The notes under the pieces: generated by a model | Database searches by the model: none | Seen by the model: the letters and a program-made list of their open reading frames with translations, nothing else | Told to the model about the DNA's origin: nothing | Position numbers and translations under genes: made by a program | Part shown: in pieces, positions 8,321 through 16,219 of the stretch | Numbering within the stretch: position 1 is the stretch's first letter | Layout of the letters: the number at the start of each line of letters is the position of its first letter | NCBI GenBank assembly: GCA_044359815.1 | Contig: JBIKLL010000060.1 | Span: 1-17,690 of the forward strand | Direction: 5' to 3' | From: Pseudobdellovibrionaceae bacterium | GTDB taxonomy: Bacteria > Bdellovibrionota > Bdellovibrionia > Bdellovibrionales > Bdellovibrionaceae | DNA length: 17,690 nt

Positions 8321-8911
8321 TTAAAGAGTGCTGCCACCTTTAAGTACATTGATGATGGATTTTGAAACTGTTTTTAATGAATCCATTACTCCGCGGCCCT
8401 CTGATGCCGTGGCCTCAAAGTCAGGTGCGTTGTATTTGTTAAGCTGTGCTCTTAGCTCAGAAAGCTTTAAAGCATTTGGCAAATCCCGTTTGTTGTATTG
8501 AAGCACAACAGGGATTTCTTTGATGTCATAACCTTGAGTTTCCAGATTGCGTTCCAGGTTTCTGAGCGATAACAGATTTTCCTCCATCCGCTCGGCCTGT
8601 GAATCTGCAACAAACACCACACCATCAAGGCCTTTTAAAATTAATTTTCGGCTGGCATCGTAAACCACTTGGCCAGGCACGGTGTACAGATGAAACCGCG
8701 TCTTAAAGCCCCTGATGCTACCCAGATCAATCGGCAAAAAATCAAAAAACAAAGTGCGTTCAATGTCGGTGTTCAGTGTGATTAAATCGCTTTTTTCGCC
8801 ATTGGTTTGTTGAAACACCCAACGGATGTTTGTGGTTTTACCACTCAGTGAAGGACCGTAGTAAACGATCTTGCAGTGGATTTCTTTGGCGTTGTAGTTA
8901 ATAAATGACAT
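8321..8911 (-). CDS. mglA: Ras-like small GTPase MglA
   Basis: MSFINY..KIVYYGPSLSGKTTN, RTLFFDF, TVPGQV, NKRD; start overlaps the recR stop (TAATG). Confidence 0.97.
   Translation of the reverse strand: MSFINYNAKEIHCKIVYYGPSLSGKTTNIRWVFQQTNGEKSDLITLNTDIERTLFFDFLPIDLGSIRGFKTRFHLYTVPGQVVYDASRKLILKGLDGVVFVADSQAERMEENLLSLRNLERNLETQGYDIKEIPVVLQYNKRDLPNALKLSELRAQLNKYNAPDFEATASEGRGVMDSLKTVSKSIINVLKGGSTL
8327..8365. repeat. 39-bp direct repeat, copy within mglA
   Basis: Identical to 7026-7064. Confidence 0.97.
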
Positions 8912-9513
8912 TACAGCTCAATCCTGTTTTCAAGTGCACGGCTCATTGTTCTGTCATCAATATAATCGATGTCGCTACCAATAGGAACACCTTGTGCGAT
9001 TCTGCTAAGTTTAATTGCACGGGTTGCAAATAACTTCATCAAATACAAAACCGTGGTGTCGCCCTCAAGGTCAGAATCCAAGGCTAAAATTAATTCTTTT
9101 ATGCGCCCCTCTGATCGATCTATCCGTTTGATCAGCTGATCAATGGTTAAATCATCTGGCGATACCCCATCTAATGGCGAAATTGATCCATGCAACACAT
9201 GATACCTGCCACGAAAGGCGCCCGAAGCTTCAATGCGCATAATATCTGAGGGTTCTTCAACGATACACAAAACATCGTCAGAACGATTGTTGTCCTGGCA
9301 GTAATAACACACGACCTGGTCGGTAAAATTAAAACATTCAGGGCATTGTCTGATGGATTCATGCAGACGATCCAGGGTCGCAGACAATTGCTTAGAATTT
9401 TCGGAAGGGCTTTTTAGCAGATAATACGCAAGCCTTTGCGCGGTCTTTGGGCCGATGCCAGGCATTTTGCCTAATTCAAAAACCAATTTATCTAACAAAG
9501 GGATTCTCAGCAT
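8911..9513 (-). CDS. recR: Recombination mediator RecR
   Basis: HhH MPGIGPKTAQRLA, C4 zinc finger CPEC..CYYC, Toprim VEE / YHVLHG / EGDTT. Confidence 0.97.
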   Translation of the reverse strand: MLRIPLLDKLVFELGKMPGIGPKTAQRLAYYLLKSPSENSKQLSATLDRLHESIRQCPECFNFTDQVVCYYCQDNNRSDDVLCIVEEPSDIMRIEASGAFRGRYHVLHGSISPLDGVSPDDLTIDQLIKRIDRSEGRIKELILALDSDLEGDTTVLYLMKLFATRAIKLSRIAQGVPIGSDIDYIDDRTMSRALENRIEL

Positions 9514-9545
9514 AAAAATATTTAAATATGAAAACTAACTAAAAT

Positions 9546-9869
9546 CTAGAACATTCCTGGGATGTTCATGCCGCCAGTGATCTTTTCCATTTCTTTGGCG
9601 CTGGTTTCTTTGGCGACCTTAAGGCCATCATTAACCGCAGCCAATACCAGATCCTGCAACATTTCAACATCACCTGATTTGATCACGTCAGGGTTGATCA
9701 CGATGGATTTAATCTGATTGTCACCAGTCACGACTGTTTTGACCGCTCCGCCGCCGGCAGATCCTTCAAAGGTTCTGGTGGCCATTTCTTCTTGGGCCTT
9801 TTTCATTCGGGTTTGCATTTGGTTAGCTTGTTTCATCAGCTGGGCCATGCCGCCTTGGAATCCCTTCAT
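9546..9869 (-). CDS. ybaB: YbaB/EbfC nucleoid-associated protein
   Basis: LMKQANQMQ, GSAGGGAV, EMLQDLVLAAVN; lies between dnaX and recR. Confidence 0.96.
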   Translation of the reverse strand: MKGFQGGMAQLMKQANQMQTRMKKAQEEMATRTFEGSAGGGAVKTVVTGDNQIKSIVINPDVIKSGDVEMLQDLVLAAVNDGLKVAKETSAKEMEKITGGMNIPGMF

Positions 9870-11488
9870 TTATGATCTCCTTTGTTGGTGACTGATTTGA
9901 TTTTGACTTTGAACGCCTGCGAAGCCGATCGCACCAATGGGTGTTTGGATAAATCCTCGATGACTTCTTGGGTTTTTGCGTTTTCTTTTTCGGTAGCCAA
10001 AGATTTTGCCGTAGTGGCGACTTTGACAGAAGACTGCTTGCTTTCAGTGATTGTAAACTCACAACCAGCGCCGTATTCGATGTGCACATGTTTACCCAGA
10101 TCAGACAACAAAGCCTTGTCCTGAAACTGTGGTGACAAAAACGAAACCTTGGCAGGGATGCCCAGTTCCAGCTTGTTGTCTTTGTGATTAATAAAAATCA
10201 GATTTTCAATCTTTGCACCCAGGATGGGATCAGCAGCTTTTACCTGCTGTACAAACTGAAACCATTTTTCCTGCGGGTTGATACCAATAGGATTGCTTTT
10301 GTGAGTCGCCATCGCAGGAGCTGCCGGACGTGCTACAGAATCCTGTGATTGTGTCACCGTCCCCTGGGGTCTGGCTGACAGTAATTCTGAAATTTGCACA
10401 ACATTTGGAGCTTGCGCGCATCTAAGCAGCAAAATTTCCATCACCAATATCGGATCCACTGATCGTGTTAAATCACTGATGCCCTTTAGGATCATATCAA
10501 AAATCAAATGCAGATCTTCGTACTGCAGGGGTTCACCCAAATCAGTCAAATACCTGATTTCTGAATCTGGCAAATCCAAGCTGGTGGGGTTTTTTGAAAC
10601 TTTTAAAAAAATCGCATTACGGATTGATTCGATCAGCTCTTTACCAAAAATAATGGGATCAAATCCAGATTCACGCAGTTTTTCAATGCACGCCATTGTG
10701 TCTGATAAATTTCGCGCACACAAAGCCGTTAGGGTTTCCAGAACCAAGGCCCTATCAGTCAGGCCCAAAATATCAACCGCCAATTGAGGAGTGATTTTTT
10801 GACCGGCAAAGGTGATTACCTGATCCAGCAAGCTTTGGCTGTCACGCATGGATCCATCACCCTGTCTGGCAATGGTCCAAAGGCTTTCGGTATCAATGTC
10901 CACTGAGTCTTTGGCGCAAATATTTTTTAAATGCTCAACGATTTGTTTTGTGGAAATTCTGCGAAAGTCAAAACGCTGAACCCTGGATAATATGGTCACA
11001 GGGATTTTATTGACCTCGGTCGTAGCCAGCACAAACAACACGTGAGCCGGAGGTTCTTCGAGAGTTTTTAATAGGGCATTGAAGGCCCCAGTCGACAACA
11101 TGTGGACTTCGTCTAAAATATAAATTTTGTATTTACCCTGAGAGGGTAAAAACGATACCCCTTCGCGCAGTTCGCGTATGGCATCAACACCGTTGTTCGA
11201 GGCTCCGTCGATTTCGATCACATCGATGTTTCGCCCCTGAGCAATTTCATCACAGGTTGTGCACTGATTGCAGGGCGTGGCTTCGGTAACGTTAGGACAT
11301 TTTAAAATCTTGGCCAGGATTCGAGCGCTGGAAGTTTTGCCAGTGCCTCTGGGGCCGGTGAACAACAACGCGTGATGGAGTCTGTCGTTTTTGATCGAAT
11401 TCAGAATTGTCCTAGAAATATGGGGCTGCCCAACCAGTTGTTCAAATGTTTGAGGGCGCCATTTTCTGGCGATCACTTCGTATGACAA
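9866..11488 (-). CDS. dnaX: DNA polymerase III subunit gamma/tau
   Basis: ARKWRPQTF, GPRGTGKT, zinc module, EIDGASNNGVD, DEVHML, NALLKTLEEPP, GSMRD; TTG start with GGAGG SD. Confidence 0.98.
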   Translation of the reverse strand: MSYEVIARKWRPQTFEQLVGQPHISRTILNSIKNDRLHHALLFTGPRGTGKTSSARILAKILKCPNVTEATPCNQCTTCDEIAQGRNIDVIEIDGASNNGVDAIRELREGVSFLPSQGKYKIYILDEVHMLSTGAFNALLKTLEEPPAHVLFVLATTEVNKIPVTILSRVQRFDFRRISTKQIVEHLKNICAKDSVDIDTESLWTIARQGDGSMRDSQSLLDQVITFAGQKITPQLAVDILGLTDRALVLETLTALCARNLSDTMACIEKLRESGFDPIIFGKELIESIRNAIFLKVSKNPTSLDLPDSEIRYLTDLGEPLQYEDLHLIFDMILKGISDLTRSVDPILVMEILLLRCAQAPNVVQISELLSARPQGTVTQSQDSVARPAAPAMATHKSNPIGINPQEKWFQFVQQVKAADPILGAKIENLIFINHKDNKLELGIPAKVSFLSPQFQDKALLSDLGKHVHIEYGAGCEFTITESKQSSVKVATTAKSLATEKENAKTQEVIEDLSKHPLVRSASQAFKVKIKSVTNKGDHK

Positions 11489-11565
11489 AAATCCTCCGGC
11501 TTACGAAAAAACAATTTACAACATTTGTGAAATTGAATTTTTTAATTAACCCCTAAAAACAAAAA

Positions 11566-11663
11566 GCGGCCGGGCGATCCATATCACAAATCAGTTTGAG
11601 TACCGTTGCTCCCTTCCGGGCCTAGCGGGATTGGTCAAACCAGATTTTGTATGGGACCCGACC
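11566..11663 (-). ncRNA. ffs: Signal recognition particle RNA (small bacterial 4.5S type)
   Basis: Minus strand forms a long hairpin GGTCGGG...CCCGGCC with domain IV GCTAGGCCCGGAAGGGAGCAAC, followed by a T run; typical position upstream of dnaX. Ends approximate. Confidence 0.93.
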
Positions 11664-11886
11664 AACATTAGGGGATACAGCAGAAATGGCGGATTTCCGA
11701 TCAATGACGCGAATCTTAGTGAATTTATTGCCTAACCGATAGGCTTAAATCAATAGGAAGCCACCAAGATTTAAGGGGGCTTTCGAAATCCAAGGGAATT
11801 GGTTATATATTTTGCCATCCAGGGCCGGCGCTCTGGTAAAAATCAAAATTCAAACTGCATTACGAGGGCACAAAAGGAGTCACAAA

Positions 11887-12270
11887 ATGCTATTAACGAT
11901 TTCAGCTTTAATGGTGGGGTTTTTGTCGGCTAACGATGCAACACAGATGCTTGAATGCAGTAATAAAAAAGCGTTAGGGACATCATATGTGAGAGTTTAT
12001 AATTCGGATGGACACTGCAACGGTGATAAGCGCAAATCAAAATTGGCTTTGGTTTATGTAAACGATGACATTGGCAAACCTGTTGTGTTTTGTGCCCAGG
12101 GAGATTTGTCAGCATTTAAAGAAGGCCAAGAAATGCAATTTGTCGTTCAATCTGCTTTTGCATGGCATTTTATTGATGACCAAACAATTACCTACAACCA
12201 AACCAAAAAGACAATTTGGTTACAGGAACAAACTTTTTATTGTTCAAACAAAACTGTCAGAGGCGAATAA
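11887..12270 (+). CDS. Small hypothetical exported protein (127 aa, 4 Cys)
   Basis: AGGAG SD 7 nt before ATG 11887; hydrophobic N-terminus MLLTISALMVGFLSA. Confidence 0.7.
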   Translation: MLLTISALMVGFLSANDATQMLECSNKKALGTSYVRVYNSDGHCNGDKRKSKLALVYVNDDIGKPVVFCAQGDLSAFKEGQEMQFVVQSAFAWHFIDDQTITYNQTKKTIWLQEQTFYCSNKTVRGE

Positions 12271-12324
12271 CAAGTCCAAATCAATTTTGATGGGCTTAGA
12301 AACCTGCTGTTGATACAGATCAGG

Positions 12325-13050
12325 CTATTTACCCTTTTGCGAAATATAGGTTTTTCGAAGAGCGTTTCTGATGTTGGTTAAAATATCAGGAGTGATTCCC
12401 AAAAAATAAAAAGAATTTAAAAACTGCCCCTCAAAGGATTCGTGGGGCTCAGATCCATAACACCGTCCGATCACAGAACCTGTTTGGCTAAAATCAGCGC
12501 CAAAAGCCTTTGAATACAAAATAGCTAATTCATCAGTTTGATATTGCTGTGTAGACCGCAGCTGGCAGTCAAATTCAGATAAACCTTCGATCACGCCAGG
12601 CTTTGCTACGTCAGCGTTTTGTGAAAGCTGTAACGAATAAACCTGTCGGGTGTCGTTAGTGCGACGACCTATGGTGTACATTGTGATTTTTTCGATCAAC
12701 AGGGCTTTATCAGGTGGCAACAACAAATAATCTTTGAAGCCAGAATTCAGAATTTTTAAAACCTTTAAATGATCTGTTTCAGTTCCGACTAAAATTTTGG
12801 GTGCTGTTCGGTTGGGAAATTTTTTATAAAAGCTGTCGACAAATTCTTGAGGTTGCTGCTGACCCATCACGACCTGTTCATACATCATGACATCAAAATT
12901 TACTGCCGTTAGAGCTTCAACGTATTTACGCTCATCCATCACGTGAGTGATGGAGTTGACCTCGCCTGCGTCTTGCTGGCGTCTTTTGAAAAAATCGTCT
13001 AATAGATCTTTAACTCGTTTGTCTGGACCATAGTACAATACTGAAGCCAA
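12325..13050 (-). CDS. Hypothetical signalling protein: degenerate receiver-like N-terminus and PilZ-like C-terminus
   Basis: FDVMMYE / PKILVG / LNSGFKDYLLLP resemble a REC fold lacking the phosphoacceptor Asp and conserved Lys; IEGLSEFDC..GRC..FYF resembles a PilZ barrel; TTG start with GGGGGA SD. Confidence 0.6.
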   Translation of the reverse strand: MASVLYYGPDKRVKDLLDDFFKRRQQDAGEVNSITHVMDERKYVEALTAVNFDVMMYEQVVMGQQQPQEFVDSFYKKFPNRTAPKILVGTETDHLKVLKILNSGFKDYLLLPPDKALLIEKITMYTIGRRTNDTRQVYSLQLSQNADVAKPGVIEGLSEFDCQLRSTQQYQTDELAILYSKAFGADFSQTGSVIGRCYGSEPHESFEGQFLNSFYFLGITPDILTNIRNALRKTYISQKGK

Positions 13051-13120
13051 TGTCTATCCCCCATGATGTCGATCTAAGTTAATTATTCATTATAGAATTA
13101 GGTATGTGAAGAACTAATTT

Positions 13121-14104
13121 TTAAAAAAGCCTTAAGATTTTCTCTAGCTGTTCGGTTTCCTCGGCCCAATAGTTATAAGAACCGAATTCAGGAAATATTT
13201 TTGGAAAACTGGGGTCCAGCCATCGATTGCCGATCCAGGCTGCGTACGAAATAATTCGCAGTCCCCGCAGTATCGGAATCTTTTGCCATTCACCTAGTGG
13301 AAAGTCTCGGAGCTCTTCGTAGCCTGAAAGCAAAATTTCTTTTTCGGATTCATCAGAAAAATCTGATAAAAGCATCCACACATCCTGTGATGCAGGTCCC
13401 ATCATGCAATCATCAAAATCTATAAAATAAAATAAATTTTCGGTTCCTGTTTGCGGCCGTTTGAGCAAATTTCCACGATGGCAATCGCCATGGATCCGAA
13501 AAAATCGACTGCTGTCAAAATTGTCGTAATACAAATCCTCGATTTCTTGAGCGGCATTTAAATATCTGGATTTCATTTCGGGCACTAAAAACCGATCAAT
13601 TGTGTGCAGCATTTCATTGATTTGGTAAGGCTCAAAACCTAAACGCGGACGGTGTTTGAATTTATATTTAGCGCCCACGTTGTGAATCTGAGCCAAGGTT
13701 CTGCCGGCCTTTTGCAGATCGTCACCCAAAAACTCATCAGGCATTTTGCCATAAAATTTCGGGAAAAATGCCACCAGATGGCCTTCAAATTCCAAAATAG
13801 TGGAATTTTGTTTGAAACGGATCGGCGCAACAACTGGTATCTTTTCGGCTTCAAGCTCGATCAAAAAACTGTGCTCTTCTTGGATACAGGGCAGTGACCA
13901 CCGACCGGGACGGTAAAATTTAACGATGATTTTTTGTGGCGTTTCAGGATTATCCGAGGCTTCCAGTTTGACCTCAAACACACGATTTTCATAGGAATTC
14001 AGCTGCTGAAATTCGCCTGTGGGCCAAAACCCAGCGGCTTCGACGGCAGACAGTATTTTGTCGGGATTCAGATCTGTAAACGATTGTATTGAGTTTTGTT
14101 TCAC
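13121..14104 (-). CDS. srkA: Stress-response Ser/Thr kinase SrkA (RdoA/YihE)
   Basis: LNSYENRV, KFYRPGRWS, EEHSF, IHGDCHRGN, IDFDD, QDVWML, RWLDPSFP. Confidence 0.95.
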   Translation of the reverse strand: MKQNSIQSFTDLNPDKILSAVEAAGFWPTGEFQQLNSYENRVFEVKLEASDNPETPQKIIVKFYRPGRWSLPCIQEEHSFLIELEAEKIPVVAPIRFKQNSTILEFEGHLVAFFPKFYGKMPDEFLGDDLQKAGRTLAQIHNVGAKYKFKHRPRLGFEPYQINEMLHTIDRFLVPEMKSRYLNAAQEIEDLYYDNFDSSRFFRIHGDCHRGNLLKRPQTGTENLFYFIDFDDCMMGPASQDVWMLLSDFSDESEKEILLSGYEELRDFPLGEWQKIPILRGLRIISYAAWIGNRWLDPSFPKIFPEFGSYNYWAEETEQLEKILRLF

Positions 14105-14203
14105 CCAGTCACATTACCATCTGCAGTAACATTTTGTCCTGGTATATTCATTGCTACTTAAGGAATTGGGGACAGTAGGACACTTTTTTTAAGGGTTTTT
14201 AGG

Positions 14204-15241
14204 TTGTGTCCCAACAGTTACCTGATAACAATTGTCCAAGCGGGGGGCGGTATTTTAAGCAATCAATTAGAAAACAAAAAATCTGATATCGAAATACTGG
14301 AAGCACCAAATCTGTCGTTTTATTTAGATTACCGAAAATATTTGGATGATTTTTATAAGTACAAACGCGAACTGACTAAAAAAAGTCTGCGACCCTATAC
14401 CTATCAAGTGTTTTCAGCAGGTGCGGATATTAAATCGCCTAATTATTTAAAAATGGTGATTGATGGCAAACGAAATTTGTCTATGGACATGGTTTTGAAA
14501 TTTGCAAAGGCCCTGGGATTAAACAAAGAATCTACAGATGAATTCAAATTGCTGGTGCAGTTTACCCAGGAAAACGATCCAGCGCTCAGAAATATTTTTT
14601 TAAAAAAACTGAATGAACACAGGATTTCAGCAAAATTAAAATCTGGTGAAATTGATGCCAAGACTTGGGAAAAACTGCCCAATTGGATCAGTTGGATTTT
14701 GTTTGCGATGATTGATCAAACAGGTGTGGAATTTAAGCCAGACAAATTGGTTAAACTATTACGTGGAACTGTTAACGAAGAAGAAGTCAGACAGGCTTTG
14801 CAGGCAATCATTGATTCAGGTGAAGTCGAAGTTTCACCTGAAGGCATGGTGGTCAGAAAAAACAATCTGATCGAAACTCCCGAGGATGTTTCAGTTCAGC
14901 TGGTCAGAAAGCTGCAATCTGAGTTGATGTACCTGGGACTAGAATCATTGTTTAAGGATTCAGCCAGCGATCGTGAATTTGGTTCGGCGACTTTGGCCCT
15001 GACCAAAGAAGAGTTTGAGGAGATAAAATTTCAGCTACGAAAGATCAGAAAACAAATCCAAAAAGACAATTCTGTTAAAAGAGCAGGCACAAAAGGGGAC
15101 AAAGTTTACCAATTGAATTTGCAATTGTTCCCGGTGACAGACAGAGTCAATGCGCAACAAGCAGGCATAGCTGCCCAGCAGCAAGAAACTAGACTTTCTG
15201 TTAGTTCTTTGTCAGAAAACCAAAAGGAAACCACTTTGTAA
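14204..15241 (+). CDS. TIGR02147-family protein (N-terminal HTH, DUF4423)
   Basis: YLDYRKYL..FSAGADIKSPNYLKMVIDGKRNLS..AKALGL, C-terminal REFGSATLAL and VYQLNLQLFPVT. True start uncertain. Confidence 0.88.
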   Translation: MCPNSYLITIVQAGGGILSNQLENKKSDIEILEAPNLSFYLDYRKYLDDFYKYKRELTKKSLRPYTYQVFSAGADIKSPNYLKMVIDGKRNLSMDMVLKFAKALGLNKESTDEFKLLVQFTQENDPALRNIFLKKLNEHRISAKLKSGEIDAKTWEKLPNWISWILFAMIDQTGVEFKPDKLVKLLRGTVNEEEVRQALQAIIDSGEVEVSPEGMVVRKNNLIETPEDVSVQLVRKLQSELMYLGLESLFKDSASDREFGSATLALTKEEFEEIKFQLRKIRKQIQKDNSVKRAGTKGDKVYQLNLQLFPVTDRVNAQQAGIAAQQQETRLSVSSLSENQKETTL

Positions 15242-15280
15242 CCACAAAAATGTGGATAAACCCGTGGATGCCGTTGATAA
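15238..15280. promoter_or_regulatory. DnaA-box cluster (1 perfect, 3 degenerate)
   Basis: TGTGGATAA 15251-15259 (perfect TTATCCACA on minus); GTAACCACA 15238-15246; CGTGGATGC 15263-15271; CGTTGATAA 15272-15280. Confidence 0.5.
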
Positions 15281-15468
15281 CTCACTAGAAAAACAAGCTT
15301 TAGGTGACGTTTTGCCACTGCTGAAAATTTATTTTTAAACAAATTATTATTTATAGGTCTAGGAATAACGAATGGGGTTTGTATTCAATTTTTGAATGAT
15401 AAATCTGTGATGAAAATAAATTTTTTTAGTGGTTTATGTTGTTGTTGACTCGATCGAAATGAATTTTA

Positions 15469-15813
15469 GGGGGTGACCTGGTTTCGACGTGGGAACAGAA
15501 GCTTGAGGAGCATTCCGGGGCGCATGGGGACCTCGTTAAAAACGTGCATCTTGTAATTGACAACAATTACGCACTTGCAGCCTAACCGCTAGCACGAAAT
15601 TATTTGTTGTGGTCGCGGACTTATAATTTCGTCATTTAGTGACCTCGATCTTGCGTGCTTTCTGCAGGCGTAAGATTTAAAAAATTCTGTGGGAAGGGTA
15701 GTTTTGATTTCGTCTGTAGAAGCTAAGCTATCAATTTAAATTGCAGACTAAGAATGTAGCGCCTCAACGTGGATGTCTTACGGACGGGGGTTCGATTCCC
15801 CCCACCTCCACCA
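15469..15813 (+). ncRNA. ssrA: tmRNA, tag peptide (A)DNNYALAA
   Basis: 5' GGGGGTG..GGTTTCGAC pairs with 3' CACCTCC-ACCA with a G3:U pair; T-arm GGGGGTTCGATTCCCCC; tag frame GAC AAC AAT TAC GCA CTT GCA GCC TAA at 15559-15585. Confidence 0.97.
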
Positions 15814-15815
15814 AT

Positions 15816-15842
15816 TAAAATGCCACCGAAAGGTGGCTTTTT
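15816..15842 (+). terminator. Intrinsic terminator after tmRNA
   Basis: GCCACC-GAAA-GGTGGC followed by TTTTT. Confidence 0.88.
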
Positions 15843-15845
15843 AAT

Positions 15846-15984
15846 TGGTGGATGGATGAAGGGAATCGAACTATTCTCGAGCCGGGGTTCGACTCGAAGG
15901 CCACGATGGCCGGAGAGCGCGTAGCCCTGAGCTTCGCTGAGGGTGAGTGCCGTGACGGCACGAGCATTCCCCCCACCTCAACCA
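15846..15984 (+). repeat. tmRNA 3'-end-derived repeat/hairpin element (att-like)
   Basis: Inverted degenerate copy at 15846-15871; GGGGTTCG at 15884-15891; GC-rich hairpins at 15892-15965; direct copy 15966-15984 (18/19 to 15795-15813). Confidence 0.88.
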
Positions 15985-16219
15985 TTTTCTCCGTACCAGT
16001 TATCAAGGATTTAACGGGGTTTCTTTTTGTTTCACTGAAATTCATTTATTATCATATATTTCAAAAACTTAATTGTATTTTTGCTTGAATTAAGTTCCTT
16101 GGATTTCCCTTACTTTAATCAAGTAACTTAGGGTCTTCTAGACTTGTTTTCTCTTTTCATTCTGCCGACAATGAAGCTTCTACAACGCAACAACCAACTA
16201 CTATGTTGAAGGGGTCTCC

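Larger units (their letters stand above)
7026..8365. mobile_element. 1.3-kb single-gene insertion in the mglA 3' end
   Basis: Bounded by the 39-bp direct repeats; carries one oppositely oriented gene; no recombinase. Confidence 0.8.

Noticed and set aside
9866..11488. Programmed -1 frameshift producing DnaX gamma
   Set aside because: I found no A_AAA_AAG slippery heptamer with a downstream hairpin; the GAAAAAGAAAA near the 3' end is not canonical.
11824..11836. GCCGGCGCTCTGG as another copy of module B
   Set aside because: It needs a 2-nt insertion and lacks GAAGACC and any tDNA fragment; more likely a local hairpin or chance.
15815..16088. ORFs 15815-16045, 15852-16088, 1927-2118 and 17391-17591
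   Set aside because: They overlie GC-rich repeat/hairpin elements and show no protein-like features.
16164..16171. Sigma-28 promoter for the lipoprotein gene (GCCGACAA)
   Set aside because: The -10 matches but there is no -35 element at the correct spacing.
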